NCBI RefSeq assembly: GCF_044704955.1
Contig: NW_027254672.1
Span: 62,001-126,000, forward strand
DNA from: Pristiophorus japonicus
Lineage: Eukaryota
Direction of reading: 5' to 3'
Length of the DNA stretch: 64,000 nt
Shown: positions 34,728 to 48,900 of the stretch, piece by piece
How positions within the stretch are numbered: the first letter of the stretch is position 1
Layout of the letters: every line of letters starts with the position of its first letter
Position numbers and translations under genes: made by a program
The notes under the pieces: generated by a model
The model's database searches: none
What the model was told of the DNA's origin: nothing
Seen by the model: only the letters and a program-made list of their open reading frames with translations

Positions 34728-37700
34728 GATGGAGTACAAAAGCAGGGAGGTCCTTCTGCAACTGTACAGGGTATTGGTGAGGCCGCACCTGGAGTACTGC
34801 GTGCAGTTTTGGTCACCTTACTTAAGGAAGGATATACTAGCTTTGGAGGGGGTACAGAGATGATTCACTAGGCTGATTCCGGAGATGAGGGGGTTACCTG
34901 ATGATGATAGATTGAGTCAACTGGGTCTTTACTCATTGGAGTTCAGAAGGATGAGGGGTGATCTTATGGAAACATTTAAAATAATGAAAGGGATAGACAA
35001 GATAGAGGCAGAGAGGTTGTTTCCACTGGTCGGGGAGACTAGAACTAGGGGGCACAGCCTCAAAATACAGGGGAGCCAATTTAAAACCGAGTTGAGAAGG
35101 AATTTCTTCTCCCAGAGGGTTGTGAATCTGTGGAATTCTCTGCCCAAGGAAGCAATTGAGGCTAGCTCATTGAATGTATTCAAAGCACAGATAGATAGAT
35201 TTTTAGCCAATAAGGGAATTAAGGGTTACGGGGAGCGGGCGGGTAAGTGGAGCTGAGTCCACGGCCAGATCAGCCATGATCTTGTTTAATGGCGGAGCAG
35301 GCTCGAGGGGCTAGATGGCCTACTCCTGTTCCTAATTCTTATGTTCTTATGTACTCAAATCCCCTCGCTATGAAGGCCAACATGCCATTTGCTTTCTTAA
35401 CCGCCTGCTGCACCTGCATGCCACCCTTCAATGACTGATGTACCATGACACCCAGGTCTCGTTGCACCTCCCCTTTTCCGAATCTGTCACCATTCAGATA
35501 ATAGTCTGTCTCTCTGTTTTTACCACCAAAGTGGATAACCTCATATTTCTATACTTTATTCATATAAAAATTTGCACGGTACATTGGAAGGCATTTCTGT
35601 ACATTTGGATGCAGTCAGCAATTCCATACAATACATTTGGATGCTGACGACAGTTCCGTCAATACATTTGGATGCTGGGTCATAATCAGGTGTAAAGCTG
35701 TTGTTGAATTCTAGTGCATCCAGTCATTTTAATCTCAAGCCCAGGGGTTTTTGACCAACACAGTTACATCAAGGTAACTGGACGGGTCAAACTGTGACAT
35801 CACAGGGCAAGCCTGACCCTACCCTGTGCATCACAGTGAGATGAGGCATCACAATAGGTTTGTCACCTGGGGCTACCTGAGACACAAGCAGTTTCAGTGA
35901 AGGAAAGCACTGACTGAGACTAACTGGCTGATATCTCTAGCAGTGAATGTGGCCGGATACAATATCTCACCATTTTAATTTTATGAAGAGAACACGATGA
36001 AAACATCATCAACCAGCAGATTAGAGAGAAGGTTGTGAGCTTTGAAAGGTTGGGATTAACCTATTGATCTTGTATTATCATTTGTGAAAGTCAGAATGAG
36101 CAACATAACGAGTTTAATAGATACAGTAATACTGGTGCACAATAGCTTGTTAGAACAGTACATTTTGTTGTTATTTGATCTTCTTTGGGGTTGTTAATAG
36201 TTAGTCTGGAGCCTGTTGCCTGCTCACAGATGGTTACTGAGTCCCACTCTCAGCTCCCTCACTAACCAGACTCTCCCAGCCCTTGCGTTTGGTGCTCACT
36301 CCATGTTCTGTAAATGTAGACAACTACTTATCATTGATAGACCTCCCGGGGCATTGCTCAGGACAGTCTGCAGGGTGAGCAACAGTCACACATGTAACTG
36401 GGCCCCACTGAGAGAAGGGGGCACGGAGAAGGCAAACAATCCCATCACTGCCCATTGCCCGCACACCCGACTCTCTGGGTCATAACCAAGTGCAAAGCGG
36501 TTATTGTATTCCAGCACATCCAACCTAAGGCTCAAGGCTTTTTGGCCAAACACCGTTGCATCAAAGTGAGGCCCTTTCACTGGACGGGTCAAACTGTGAC
36601 ATCACAGGGCAAGCCTGACCCTACCCTGTGCATCACGTGATCACTGACATCATGATAGGTTTGTAAACAGGGGCAACATGCGGCAGAAGAGGCTGCACAA
36701 GCAGTTTCAGTGAAGGAAAGGGAGCTGTACTGACTGTGACTAACTGGCTGATTTCTCTAGGAGTGAATGTGGCCGGCTAGAAGACCTGGTGAAGGGAGTG
36801 TGAACAATGGAATCATCACTAACCAGCTGACAGTCGGAAGGGTGTTGCTGTGGAAGGTTTGTTTATTCCAGCTAGAACTGGGAGGCATAATCTTAGAATA
36901 AGGGCCGCCCATTTAAAACTGTGATGAGAAGGAATTTCTTCTCTCAGAGGGTTGTAAACCTGTAGAATTCACTGCCTCAGAGTGCTTTGGATGCTGGGTC
37001 ATTGAATGGATTTAAGGCAGAGATAGAGAATTTCTTAACTGATAAGGGATTAAGGGGTTATGGGGAGCGGGCAGGGAAATGGACCTGAGTCCATGATCGG
37101 ATTAGCCATGATCATATTAAATAGTGGAGCAGGCTCGAGGGGCCGAATGGCCTACTCCTGCTCCTATTTCTTATGTTCTTATGTTCTTATGTTCTTATGT
37201 TCTTATGACTGCTGCACCACCATTGATCTGAGCGTCCAGCACTCCAAACCCAAGAAACACAAACGCTGTTTCAGAAGGACATTGGAGTGCTAGAGTCATC
37301 CTCCACCCAGAGATGTGGGCACGGAGAAGGCAAACAAGTTTATCATTGTCCATCGCCCGAGCACCCTTATCTCTGGGACATAACCAAGTGTAAAGCTGTT
37401 ATTGCATTCTAGCGCATCTAGTCCTTGTAATCTAAAGCCCAGGGGATTCTGGCCAAACACAGTTACATCAAGGTGAGGCCCTTTCACTGGACGGGTCAAA
37501 CTGTGACATCACAGGGCAAGCCTGACTCTACCAGGTGCATCATGTGATCACTGACATCACGATAGGTTTGTAAACAGGGGCAACATGAGGCAGAAGAGGC
37601 TGCACAAGCAGTTTCAGTGAAGGAAAGGGAGCTGTACTGACTGTGACTAACTGGCTGATTTCTCTAGGAGTGAATGTGGCCGGCTAGAAGACCTGGTGAA

Positions 37701-40700
37701 GGGAGTGTGAACAATGGAATCATCACTAACCAGCTGACAGTCGGAAGGGTGTTGCTGTGGAAGGTTTGTTTATTCCAGCTAGAACTGGGAGGCATAATCT
37801 TAGAATAAGGGCCGCCCACTTAAAACTGTGATGAGAAGGAATTTCTTCTCTCAGAGGGTTGTAAATCTGTAGAATTCACAGACTCAGAGTGCTTTGGATG
37901 CTGGGACATTGAATGGATTTAAGACAGAGATAGACTGTTTCTTAACTGATAAGGGATTAAGGGGTTATGGGGAGCGGGCAGGGAAATGGACCTGAGTCCA
38001 TGATCGTATTAAATGGCAGAGCAGGCTCGAGGGGCTGAATGGTCTACTCCTGCTCCTATTTCTTATGTTCTTATGTTCTTATGACTGCTGCACCATCATT
38101 GATCTGAGCGTCCAGCACTCCAAACCCAAGAAACACAAAAGCTGTTTCAGAAGGACATTGGAGTGCTAGAGTCATCCTCCACCCAGAGATGTGGGCACGG
38201 AGAAGGCAAACTAGTTTATCATTGTCCATCGCCCGAGCACCCACTTCTCCGGGTCATAACCAAGTGTAAAGTTGTTATTGCATTCTAGCGCATCTAGTCC
38301 TTGTAATCTAAAGCCCAGTGGATTCTGGCCAAACGCAGTTACATCAAGGTGAGGTTCTTTGACTGGATGGGTCAAACTGTGACATCACAGGGCAAGCCTG
38401 ACCCTACCCTGTGCATCACGTGATCACTGACATCACGATAGGTTTGTAAACAGGAGCAACATGAGGCAGAAGAGGCTGCACAAGCAGTTTCAGTGAAGGA
38501 AAGGGAGCTGTACTGACTGTGACTAACTGGCTGATCTCTCTAGGAGTGAATGTGGCCGGCTAGAAGACCTGGTGAAGGGAGTGTGAACAATGGAATCATC
38601 ACTAACCAGCTGACAGTCGGAAGGGTGTTGCTGTAGAAGGTTTGTTTATTCCAGCTAGAACTAGGAGGCATTATCTTAGATTAAGGGGCCGCCCATTTAA
38701 ATCTGAGATGAGGAGGAATTTCTTCTCTCAGAGGGTTGTAAACCTGTGGAATTCACTGCCTCAGAGTGCTTTGGATGCTGGGTCATTGAATGGATTTAAG
38801 GCAGAGATAGAGAATTTCTTAACTGATAAGGGATTAAGGGGTTATGGGGAGCGGGCAGGGAAGTGGACCTGAGTCCATGATCGGATCAGCCATGATCATA
38901 TTAAATAGTGGAGCAGGCTCGAGGGGCCGAATGGCCTACTCCTGCTCCTATTTCTTATGTTCTTATGACTGCTGCACCACCATTGATCTGAGCGTCCAGC
39001 ACTCCAAACCCAAGAAACACAAACGCTGTTTCAGAAGGACATTGGAGTGCTAGAGTCATCCTCCACCCAGAGATGTGGGCACGGAGAAGGCAAACAAGTT
39101 TATCATTGTCCATCGCCCGAGCACCCTCTTCTCTGGGACATAACCAAGTGTAAAGCTGTTATTGCATTCTAGCGCATCTTGTCCTTGTAATCTAAAGCCC
39201 AGGGGATTCTGGCCAAACACAGTTACATCAAGGTGAGGCCCTTTCACTGGACGGGTCAAACTGTGACATCACAGGGCAAGCCTGACTCTACCCGGTGCAT
39301 CACGTGATCACTGACATCACGATAGGTTTGTAAACAGGGGCAACATGAGGCAGAAGAGGTTGCACAAGCAGTTTCAGTGAAGGAAAGGGAGCTGGACTGA
39401 CTGTGACTAACTGGCTGATCTCTCTAGGAGTGAATGTGGCCGGCTAGAAGACCTGGTGAAGGGAGCGTGAACAATGGAATCATCACTAACCAGCTGACAA
39501 TCGGAAGGGTGTTGCTGTAGAAGGTTTGTTTAATCCAGCTTGGATAATTCCCTGTGAAAGTCAGAGTGTGTAACAGTATAACCCACTGCAGTGACCATGC
39601 AGACATCAATGTTCAAACCCTGGGAACTGAAACCAGATCAGTACTCGCTCGTTGTTCTGATCAACTGGGATAATCTGTGGGACAAGGAGTCGATGGGAAA
39701 CTCTTGTCCCAGCTGTTACTGGTGCCCTCTGACCTTGTCAATCCCTGGGTCCTTATCAAGGACCTGCTCCCAGGTCAGCTGGCTCAGGTACTGCCACCAA
39801 TAGCCCTCCGATTGTCAGAGAAGTTCCTTGTCCCAATGATCCTGGTTCACCTGATGGCATTGCCGCCATTCTGGACCATCTCTCGGATTCTGAAGAAGGT
39901 GTAAATTCCCCAACTCCACAACCTTTAATACTCAGGTGGCAGCAGAATCTGTGGCCAGTGACATTACATGGAAAGAAACACGTTGATAGTTTTGCCCCCA
40001 GAATCTGCATTAAACATTTACAGCTTCAATGGTTTACTGTACAATGCTCGTTCTAAAGTACCTGTCGTTGTCTTGTTGTGATCCAGTGATTTAAAAACAA
40101 ATCTGTCATTTGTTCTTCTGCTAGAGGTACACGGTTGGCGTCAGGATGAGAGAGAGAAAATGGGCGGTTTCATCAAAGTACCTCCAGACTAAAGTTGTGA
40201 GTAACAAAACCACAAAGACAAGTGGATCAGACACACAAGAGAGAGCACATCGTGACAGAAATCAAATCAATGCCAGCAGAGAAACCACAGGAGCGGGCGG
40301 TGTAACTGAAATTATCCCGATGCCCTCCCTCTGTGTCCCATCCATTTCTCAGTACCAACTCCACACCTTTCAATTTGTGTTTCATTTAACGGCCAGTATC
40401 CCCCCTTCCCCAGAGACCCATCTAGTCCTCATGTCCCTGCACCGGCAACAAGCACCAACCCTGCTCCAACTCCAGGCTCAGTTTGGCAATGCTTGGGGTG
40501 AACTGCACTGGCACTGGGTAAAGCCCAGTCTGTGCCATCATCTCCAACCAGTGCCATCCAGGGGTCCACCTCGGGACTTAACAGGAAAGTCTCAAGCATG
40601 GACGCTCTGGTTGTTGCCCCGAGACATCCCAGAATTCAGAGGGAGCCCTCCCCTGGCACCAGCTGGCTCGGAGGAGTCCGTGACTGCTGGTACCAGGATC

Positions 40701-41524
40701 TCTCCCAATTCCTATGAGGCATCGAGGTTCCAAGGGCTCTCACTCCAAGGGAGGATATGTGTGCCCCAGTGGTACCTCCCCCACGAGGCGGGGGCTCATG
40801 TCTGCAGGGTCTAACTCAATCGGCCTTTGTATTCATGAGCCTGTAACTAATCGCTTCCGAAGGCAGGAAGCCTCCAGTAGCTTCCTCGGGCTGAACCGGC
40901 AGGAAGGCTGATCGTGAGGCCCTCATCTCTGTTCCCAGAGCCTCACTATCAACCTTCCCTGTCTCTTCAGCCCGAGGCAGCTTCCCAGAGCCATCCCACC
41001 TTCGGATGCCAAGCTGGGAGCCTGAGTCGGACCAGCACCTCCAGTCTTTTGGGCTTTTTCATGTATTTAACACAAGGGTGACGAATCTGAAACTGTGGGT
41101 TCCAGAAGTCCCTTCACTTGGGGGTTTGTGTCTTTACTTGGGGTTTACTCAGGCTGTTGCTGTATTCATCCGACCAATTTCCAGGGCACTTCGGGTGGAC
41201 TGCTGCAGCAGAACCTTCATCGTTCCCAGAATTGATGGCATGAATCGCAGAATTGATGGAACAAATCCCAAAACCGCTCACCCTCAAGCAGCAGGTTTTA
41301 AAAATGCCAATGCGCAGACCCCACATCCATTCACGGAGCGGAGCGAGCTCTGCCCACACCAGGTGGTGCTCTGAGCATGGCTCCAGCTGTATGGAAGCCG
41401 CCAGAATGTGGGTGACGTAAGCCCGGGAAATGTAAAGATACTTGTTTCTAAACCTTCCTCCTCTCGATGTTGTAGCCCACCCCATCTATAGGCCCCTTCC
41501 ACTCACCATCACCAATCCTTTCTT

Positions 41525-42765
41525 ATATTTAAGGAGGGAGATGAAACTTGTCCAGGGAACTATAGATCAGTCAGCTTAACATTAGTCATAGGAAAAATAA
41601 TGCAATCCCTACTAAAGGAGAAAACAGAAGCACATCTATAAACCAAAAATATAATAATGGATAGCAGCCTGGATTTCAAAAGGAAATGTCTTGCTTGACC
41701 AGCCTCATTGAAAAGGTAACAGAGAGAGTAGATAAGGGCAATGCAGTAGATGTCATTTATCTAGATTTTCAAAAAGCCTTCAATAAGGTACCACAAAATA
41801 GACTAAAATATAAGGTCAGAGAAGGTGGAGTCAGGAGACAAGTAACAGAATGGATAGCTAGCTGGCCTCAAGACAGAAAGCAGAGAGGAGGGGTAAAGGG
41901 TAGCTATTGACAGTGGCAGAATGTGGGGAGTGGTGTTCTACAAGGATCAGTGCTGGGACCAATGTTGTTCACAATTTATATTAATGATTTAGACTTTGGA
42001 ATCAAAGACACAATTTCTAAATTTGCCGATGACACTAAATTGGAGGGTAGTCAATACTGAGGAGGACCGCAACAAATTATAAAGGAGGACATTAATAAAC
42101 TTGCAGAATGGGCATCTACTTGGCAAATTAATTTCAAACAGAAAAATGTGAGGTATTACATTTTGGTGGGAAGAATAAGGAGGTCACTTATTGTTTGGAT
42201 CGTGCGAGTCTGGGTGGGGTCGAGGAACAAAGGGATCTCGGAGTACAAATACACCAATTGATGAAAGTTGTGACACAGACTAACAAGGCCATAAAATAAG
42301 CAAACCAGGCACTGGGGTTTATTTCTAGAGGGACAGAATTGAAAAGTAGCGAAGCTATGCTAAACTTGTATCAAACCTTGGTTAGACCACACTTGGAGCA
42401 CTGCGTACAATTCTGGTCACCATATTACAGATAGGATATAGAGGCACTGGAGCGGGTGCAGAGAAGACTTACAAGGATGATATTGAAATGCGAGGGTAAA
42501 CCTATCAGAAAGTGATGAACAGGCTGGGTCTCTTTTTGCTTGATAAAAGAAGGCTGAGGGATAACCAATAGAGATCTTTAAAATGATGAAAGGTTTTGAT
42601 CGAGTAGTTACAGAGAGAATGTTTTCACTCGAGGACATCAATATAAGATAGTCACCCACAAATCAATTAGGAATTCAGAAGAAACTTCTTTACCCAGAGA
42701 ATGGTGAGATGTGGAGTAGTTGAGGCAAATAGTATCGATGTATTTAAGGGGAGGCTAGATGAGAT
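41525..42765 (+). mobile_element. Older CR1 LINE
   Basis: SCLTSL, YLDFQKAF, QGSVLGP and KFADDTK motifs with many stop codons. Confidence 0.85.
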
Positions 42766-42979
42766 ATGTGTACACACTAGGTCCATGCAGCAGAGCTGGT
42801 TTCTAATCGTCTTGGTCAACCCTTGCCATTGGACCAAGACCTCGCTCTGTCAAGCCCATGTGGTGGCTGGTGTGCAACGGCCACCAGATTTTAAAAACAT
42901 CCAAGCACAGGCATCTTCCAACCTTGAGGATGTAGTTCGGGGTCTTCATTGAAACACCTGTGAACTCATCCTTTTTTGG

Positions 42980-45900
42980 CGTGGAAGCAAGTCATCCTCA
43001 TTTCGAGGGACTGCCTATGATGATTGATTGAGAAGTATAGAAGGGAGAAGTGAATCGAGGGTTATCCTGATAGTTAGATGAGTGGAGACAGGGGGAGGCT
43101 CGAGTGGAGTATAAACGCCAGCATGGACTGGTTTAGCCGAATGGCCTGTTTCTGTGCTGTATTCCTATGTAATCATTCACCTCCATTAGCCTTTACAAGG
43201 CTTTATCCGGACCGCAATGTCCTTTGCACCATGATCGCCTATCATTCCAGATTAGGACCTGGAATGCAGGGAGGTAACTTTCGATACCCGTTCCAGTTCC
43301 ACCTCCCCAAGCAGTGATCAGCAGCCTCGGGTGTGAATGGTACAATAGGACATTGTAGACTTTCAGACTCGGTGAGGGGCAAGTCAGCATGTCTACACTC
43401 AGACTGTATGACAGTAGTCCGGTATTTCTACAGTCTGGGACCCACTCCTGGGTCCCTCTGTCAAGTTGACGTGTTGCTTCCCATTGGTGCTTGAATGACG
43501 GGGTGACACTCTTGCTGCCACATTTGTCCTAGGTGGAGGTCATCATCATAGGCAGTCCCTCGGAATAGAGGAAGACTTGCTTCCACTCCTCAAGTGAGTT
43601 ATTTGGTGGCTGAATAGTCCAATACGAGAGCCACAGACTCTGTCACAGGTGGGACAGATAGTCGTTGAGGGTAAGGGAGGGTGGGACTGGTTTGCCGCAT
43701 GCTCTTTCCGCTGTCTGTGCTTGATTTCCGCACGCTCTCGGCGTTGAGACTCGAAGTGTTCAACACCCTCCCGATGCACTTTCTCCACTTAGGACGGACT
43801 TTGGCCAGGGACTCCGAGGTGTCAGTGATGATGTCGCACTTTATCAGTGAGGCTATGAGGGTGTCCTTGCAATGGTTCCGCTGCCCACCTTTGGCTCATT
43901 TGCCGTGAAGGAGCTCAGCATCGATCACTTGCCTTGGGAGTCTCGTGTCTGACATGCGAACTTTGTGGCCTGCCCAGCCAAGCTGACCGAGTGTGGTCAG
44001 TGCTTCAATGCTGGGGATGTTAGCCTGGATGAGGACGCTAATGTTGGTGTGCCTGTCCTCCGAGGGGATTTGTAGGATCTTGCGGAGACATCGTTGGTGA
44101 TATATCTCCAGCGAATTGAGGTGTCTTCTGTACATCGTCCATGCCCCTAAGCCATACAGGAGGTTGGGTATTACTACAGCCCTGTAGACCTTGAGCTTGG
44201 TGCTAGATTTGAGGGCCTGGTCTTTGAACAGTTTTTTTCTCAGGCAGCCGAGGGTTGCACTGGCTCACTGGAGGGAGTGTTGTATCTCTGCATCACTGTC
44301 TGCTTTTGTTGACAAGAGGCTCTCGAGGTATGGGAAATGATGCACGTTGTTGAGGGCCGTGGATCTTGATGACTGGGGGGCAGTGCTGTGCGGTGAGGAC
44401 AGGCTGATGGAGGAACTTTATCTTACGGATGTTTAGCGTAAGGCCTATGCTTTCGTATGCCTCAGTAAATACGTCGACTCTATTCTGGAGTTCAGCCTCA
44501 GAATGTGCGCAGACACAGGAGGCCAGGCTCCACCTCACAGTCAACAAGCTCCCCGCTGGAGTGGAACTAAACTACAGACCAGTGGGAAGCTGTTTAACCC
44601 ACGCTGCCTCCAGGCCAGGACCAAGATCACCCCAACCTCTGTCGTTGAGCTACAGTACGCGGATGCCGCCTGCATCTGCACACATTCTGAGGCTGAACTT
44701 CAGGTTACAGTCGATGTATTTACTGAGGCATACGAAAGCATGGGCCCTACGCTAAATATCCATAAGACAAAGGTCCTCCACCAGCCTGTCCTTGCCACAA
44801 AGCACTGCCCCGAGTCATCAAGATCCACGGCGCGGCCCTCAACAACGTGGACCATGTCCCTTACCTCAGGAACCTCTTATCAACAAAAGCAGACAGTGAT
44901 GCGGAGATTCAACACCGCCTCCAGTGCGCCAGTGCAGCCTTCGGCCACCTGAGGAAAAGAGTGTTTGAAGACCAGGCCCTCAAATCTATCAGTAAGCTCA
45001 TGGTCTACAGGGCTGTAGTAATACCCACCCTCCTGTATGGCTTAGGGGCATGGACGATGTACAGAAGAGACCTCAAGTCGCTGGAGATATATCATCAATG
45101 ATGTCTCCGCAAGATCCTTCATATCCTGTGGGAGGACAGACGCACCAGCATCAGTGTCCTTGCCTAGGTTAACATCCCCAGCTTGGGCAGGTCACTTAGT
45201 TCACATACCAGACACGATGCTCCCAAAGCAAGCGCTCTATGCGGCGCACCTTCATGGCAACGAGCCAAAGGTGGGCAGTGGAAACGTTACAAGGACACCC
45301 TCAAAGCCTCCCTGGTGAAGTGTGACATCACCACCGACACCTGGGAGACCCTGTCCGAAGACCGTCCTAGGTGGAGAAAGTGCATTCAGGAGGGTGTTGA
45401 GTTCTTCGAATCTCAACGCTGCGAGTGTGAAGAGGTCAGGTGCAGGCAGCGGAAGGGGCGTGTGGTAAATCAGTGCCACCCCACCCTTTCCACGACGAAT
45501 GTCTGTCCCACCTGTGACAGGGTCTGTGGTTCTCATGTTGGACTGTTCAGCCACTAAAGAACTCACTTTAGTAGTGGAAGCAAGTCTTCCTCGATTCCGA
45601 GAGACTGCCTATGATGATTGATTGAGATAAGCATTTCAGGGAGAAGTGAACAGAGAGTTATCCTGATCGTTAAATGAGGGGAGACAGGGGGGAGGCTCGA
45701 GTGGACCATAAACGCTAGCATGGACTGGTTGAGCCGAATGGCCTGTTTCTGTGCTGTAATCGATGTAATCATTCACCTCCATAAGACTTTACAATGCTTT
45801 ATCCAGACCGTAATGTCCTTTGTACCATCTAGTCCATCATTCCCGATTAGGACCTGGAATGCAGGGCAGTAACCTTCGAAACCCGTTCCAGCTCCACGTC

Positions 45901-48900
45901 CCCAAACAGTGATCAGCAGCCTCGGGATGTGAATGGTCCAATAGGACAGTGTAGACTTTCAGTCTCAGTGCCGGGCAAGTCAGCATGTCTGCGGACAGAC
46001 TGTATGACAGTAGTCCGGTATTTCTACAGTCTGGGACCCCCTCCTGGGTCCCTTTGTCAAGTTGACGTGTTATTTCCCATTGCTGCTTGAACGACGGGGT
46101 GACATTCTTGCTGCCATATTTGGCCAGGGTGGACATCATCATCATAGGCAGTCCCTCGGAATAGAGGAAGACGTTCGTGCACTCCTGAAATGAGTACTTT
46201 GCTGGCTGAGTAGTCCAATAAGAGAGCCACTGCCTCTGTCACAGGTGGGACAGATAGTCATTGAGGGGAAGGCTGGGTGGGACTGGTTTGCCACATGCTC
46301 TTTCCGCTGTCTGCGCTTGATTTCCGCACGCTCTTGGCGTTGAGACTCGAGGTGCTCATCACCCTCCCGATGCACTTTCTTCACTTAGGGCGGTCTTTGG
46401 CCAGGGACTCTCGGTGTCAGTGATGGTGTCGCACTCTATCAGGGAGGCTTTGAGGGTGTCATTGCACCGTTTCCGCTGCTCACCTTTGGCTCATTTGTCG
46501 TGAAGGAGCTCTGCATAGTTCACTTGCTTCAGGAATCTCGTGTCTGACATGCGAACTAGGTGGCCTGTCCAGCGAAGCTGACCGAGTGTGGTCAGTGCTT
46601 CAGTGCTGGGAATGATAGCCTGGACGTAGTCGCTAATGTTGGTGCGCCTGTCCTCCGAGGGGATTTGTAGGATCTTACAAAGACATCGTTGGTGCTATAT
46701 CTCCAGCGAATTGAGGTGTCTTCTGTACATCGTCCATGCCCCTGAGCCATACAGGAGGGTATTACTACAGCCCTATAGAGCATGAGCTTGGTGGTAGATA
46801 AAGGTCCTCCACCAGCCTGTCCTTGCCGCAAAGCACTGTCCCCCAGTCATCAAGTTCCATGGCGTGGCCCCCGACAACCTGGACCATTTCCCTTACCTCA
46901 GGAGCCTCTTATCAACAAAAGCAGATGTTGATGCGGAGATTCAACACCGCCCCCAGTGCGCCAGTGCAGCCTTCGGCCACCTGAGGAAAAGAGTGTTCCA
47001 AGTCCAGGCCTTGAAATCTACCACTGAGCTCATGGTCTACATGGCTGTAGTAATACCCGCCCTCCTGTATGGCTCAGGGGCATGGACGATGTACAGAAAA
47101 TACCTCAAAGTCACTGGAGATATATCATCAATGATGTCTCCGCAAGATCCTTCATATCCCGTGGGAGGACAGATGCACCAACATCAGTGTCCTTGCCTAG
47201 GCTAACATCCCCAGCTTGGGCAGGTCACTTAGTTCGCATGCCAGACACGATGCACCCAAAGCAAGCGCTCTGTGCAGCGCACCTTCATGGCAAACGAGCC
47301 AAAGGTGGGCAGTGGAGACGTTACAAGGACACCCTCAAAGCCTCCCTGGTGAAGTGAGACATCATCACCGACACCTGGGAGACCCTGGCTGAAGACCGCC
47401 TTAGGTGGCGAAAGTGCATTCGGAAGGGTGTTGAGTTCTTCGAATCTCATCGCTGCGAGTGTGAAGAGGTCAGGTGCAGGCAGCGGAAGGGGCGTGTGGT
47501 AAATCAGTGCCACCCCACCCTTTCCACGACGAATGTCTGTCCCACCTGTGACAGGGTCTGTGGTTCTCGTGTTGGACTGTTCAGCCACTAAAGAACTCAC
47601 TTTAGTAGTGGAAGCAAGTCTTCCTCGATTCCGAGAGACTGCCTCTGATGATTGATTGGTCACTTTTCCCTGAAATGCTTATCTCAGAGAGTTATCCTGA
47701 TAGTTAAATGAGGGGAGACAGCGGGGAGGCTCGAGTGGACCATAAACGCTAGCATGGACTGGTTGAGCCGAATGGCCTGTTTCTGTGCTGTAATCGATGT
47801 AATCATTCACCTCCATAAGACTTTACAATGCTTTATCCAGACCGTAATGTCCTTTGTACCATCTAGTCCATCATTCCCGATTAGGACCTGGAATGCAGGG
47901 CAGTAACCTTCGAAACCCGTTCCAGCTCCACGTCCCCAAACAGTGATCAGCAGCCTCAGGATGTGAATGGTCCAATAGGACAGTGTAGACTTTCAGTCTC
48001 AGTGCCGGGCAAGTCAGCATGTCTGCAGACAGACTGTATGACAATAGTCTGGTATTTCTACAGTCTGGGACTACCTTCTGGGTCCCTCTGTCAAGTTGAC
48101 GTCTTACTTCCCATTGATGCTTGAACAACGGGGTGACACTCTTGCTGCCACATTTGGCCAGGGTGGACATCATCATCATAGGCAGTCCCTCGGAATAAAG
48201 GAAGACTTGCTTCCACTCCTGAAGTGAGTACTTTGGTGGCTGAGTAGTCCAATAAGAGAGCCACTGCCTCTGTCACAGGTGGGACAGATAGTCGTTGAGG
48301 GGAAGGCTGGGTGGGACTGGTTTGCCACATGCTCTTTCCGCTGTCTGCGCTTGATTTCCGCACGCTCTTGGTGTTGAGACTCGAGGTGCTCATCACCCTC
48401 CCGATGCACTTTCTTCACTTAGGGCGATCTTTGGCCAGGGACTCTCGGTGTCAGTGATGATGTCGCACTCTATCAGGGAGGCTTTGAGGGTGTCATTGCA
48501 CCGTTTCCGCTGCTCACCTTTGGCTCATTTGTCGTGAAGGAGCTCCGCATAGTTCACTTGCTGAAGGAATCTCGTGTCTGACATGCGAACTATGTGGCCT
48601 GCCCAGCGAAGCTGACCGAGTGTGGTCAGTGCTTCAGTGCTGGGAATGATAGCCTGGACGTGGTCGCTAATGTTGGTGCGCCTGTCCTCCGAGGGGATTA
48701 GTAGGATCTTGCGAAGACATCGTTGGTGCTATATTTCCAGCGAATTGAAGTGCCTTCTGTACATCGTCCATGCCCCTGAGCCATACAGGAGGGTATTACT
48801 ACAGCCCTATAGAGCATGAGCTTGGTGGTAGATAAAGGTCCTCCACCAGCCTGTCCTTGCCGCAAAGCACTGTCCCCCAGTCATCAAGTTCCATGGCGTG

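Larger units (their letters stand above)
33295..35545. mobile_element. Minus-strand CR1 (33295-33920, 35353-35545) with a plus-strand CR1 (33921-35352) inserted
   Basis: Orientation switches at both junctions, with a tgtact direct repeat at the flanks of the inner element. Confidence 0.8.
30209..39540 (+). repeat. Tandem array of about 0.9-kb units (CR1 3' end plus unique segment) with higher-order duplication
   Basis: Core gtgacatcacagggcaagcctgac at about 30847, 31649, 32521, 35794, 36596, 37503, 38379 and 39263. The block near 30720-32200 recurs about 4947 bp later. Confidence 0.92.

Noticed and set aside
40146-40814. 222-aa ORF as a host gene
   Set aside because: No recognisable domain or supported exon structure.
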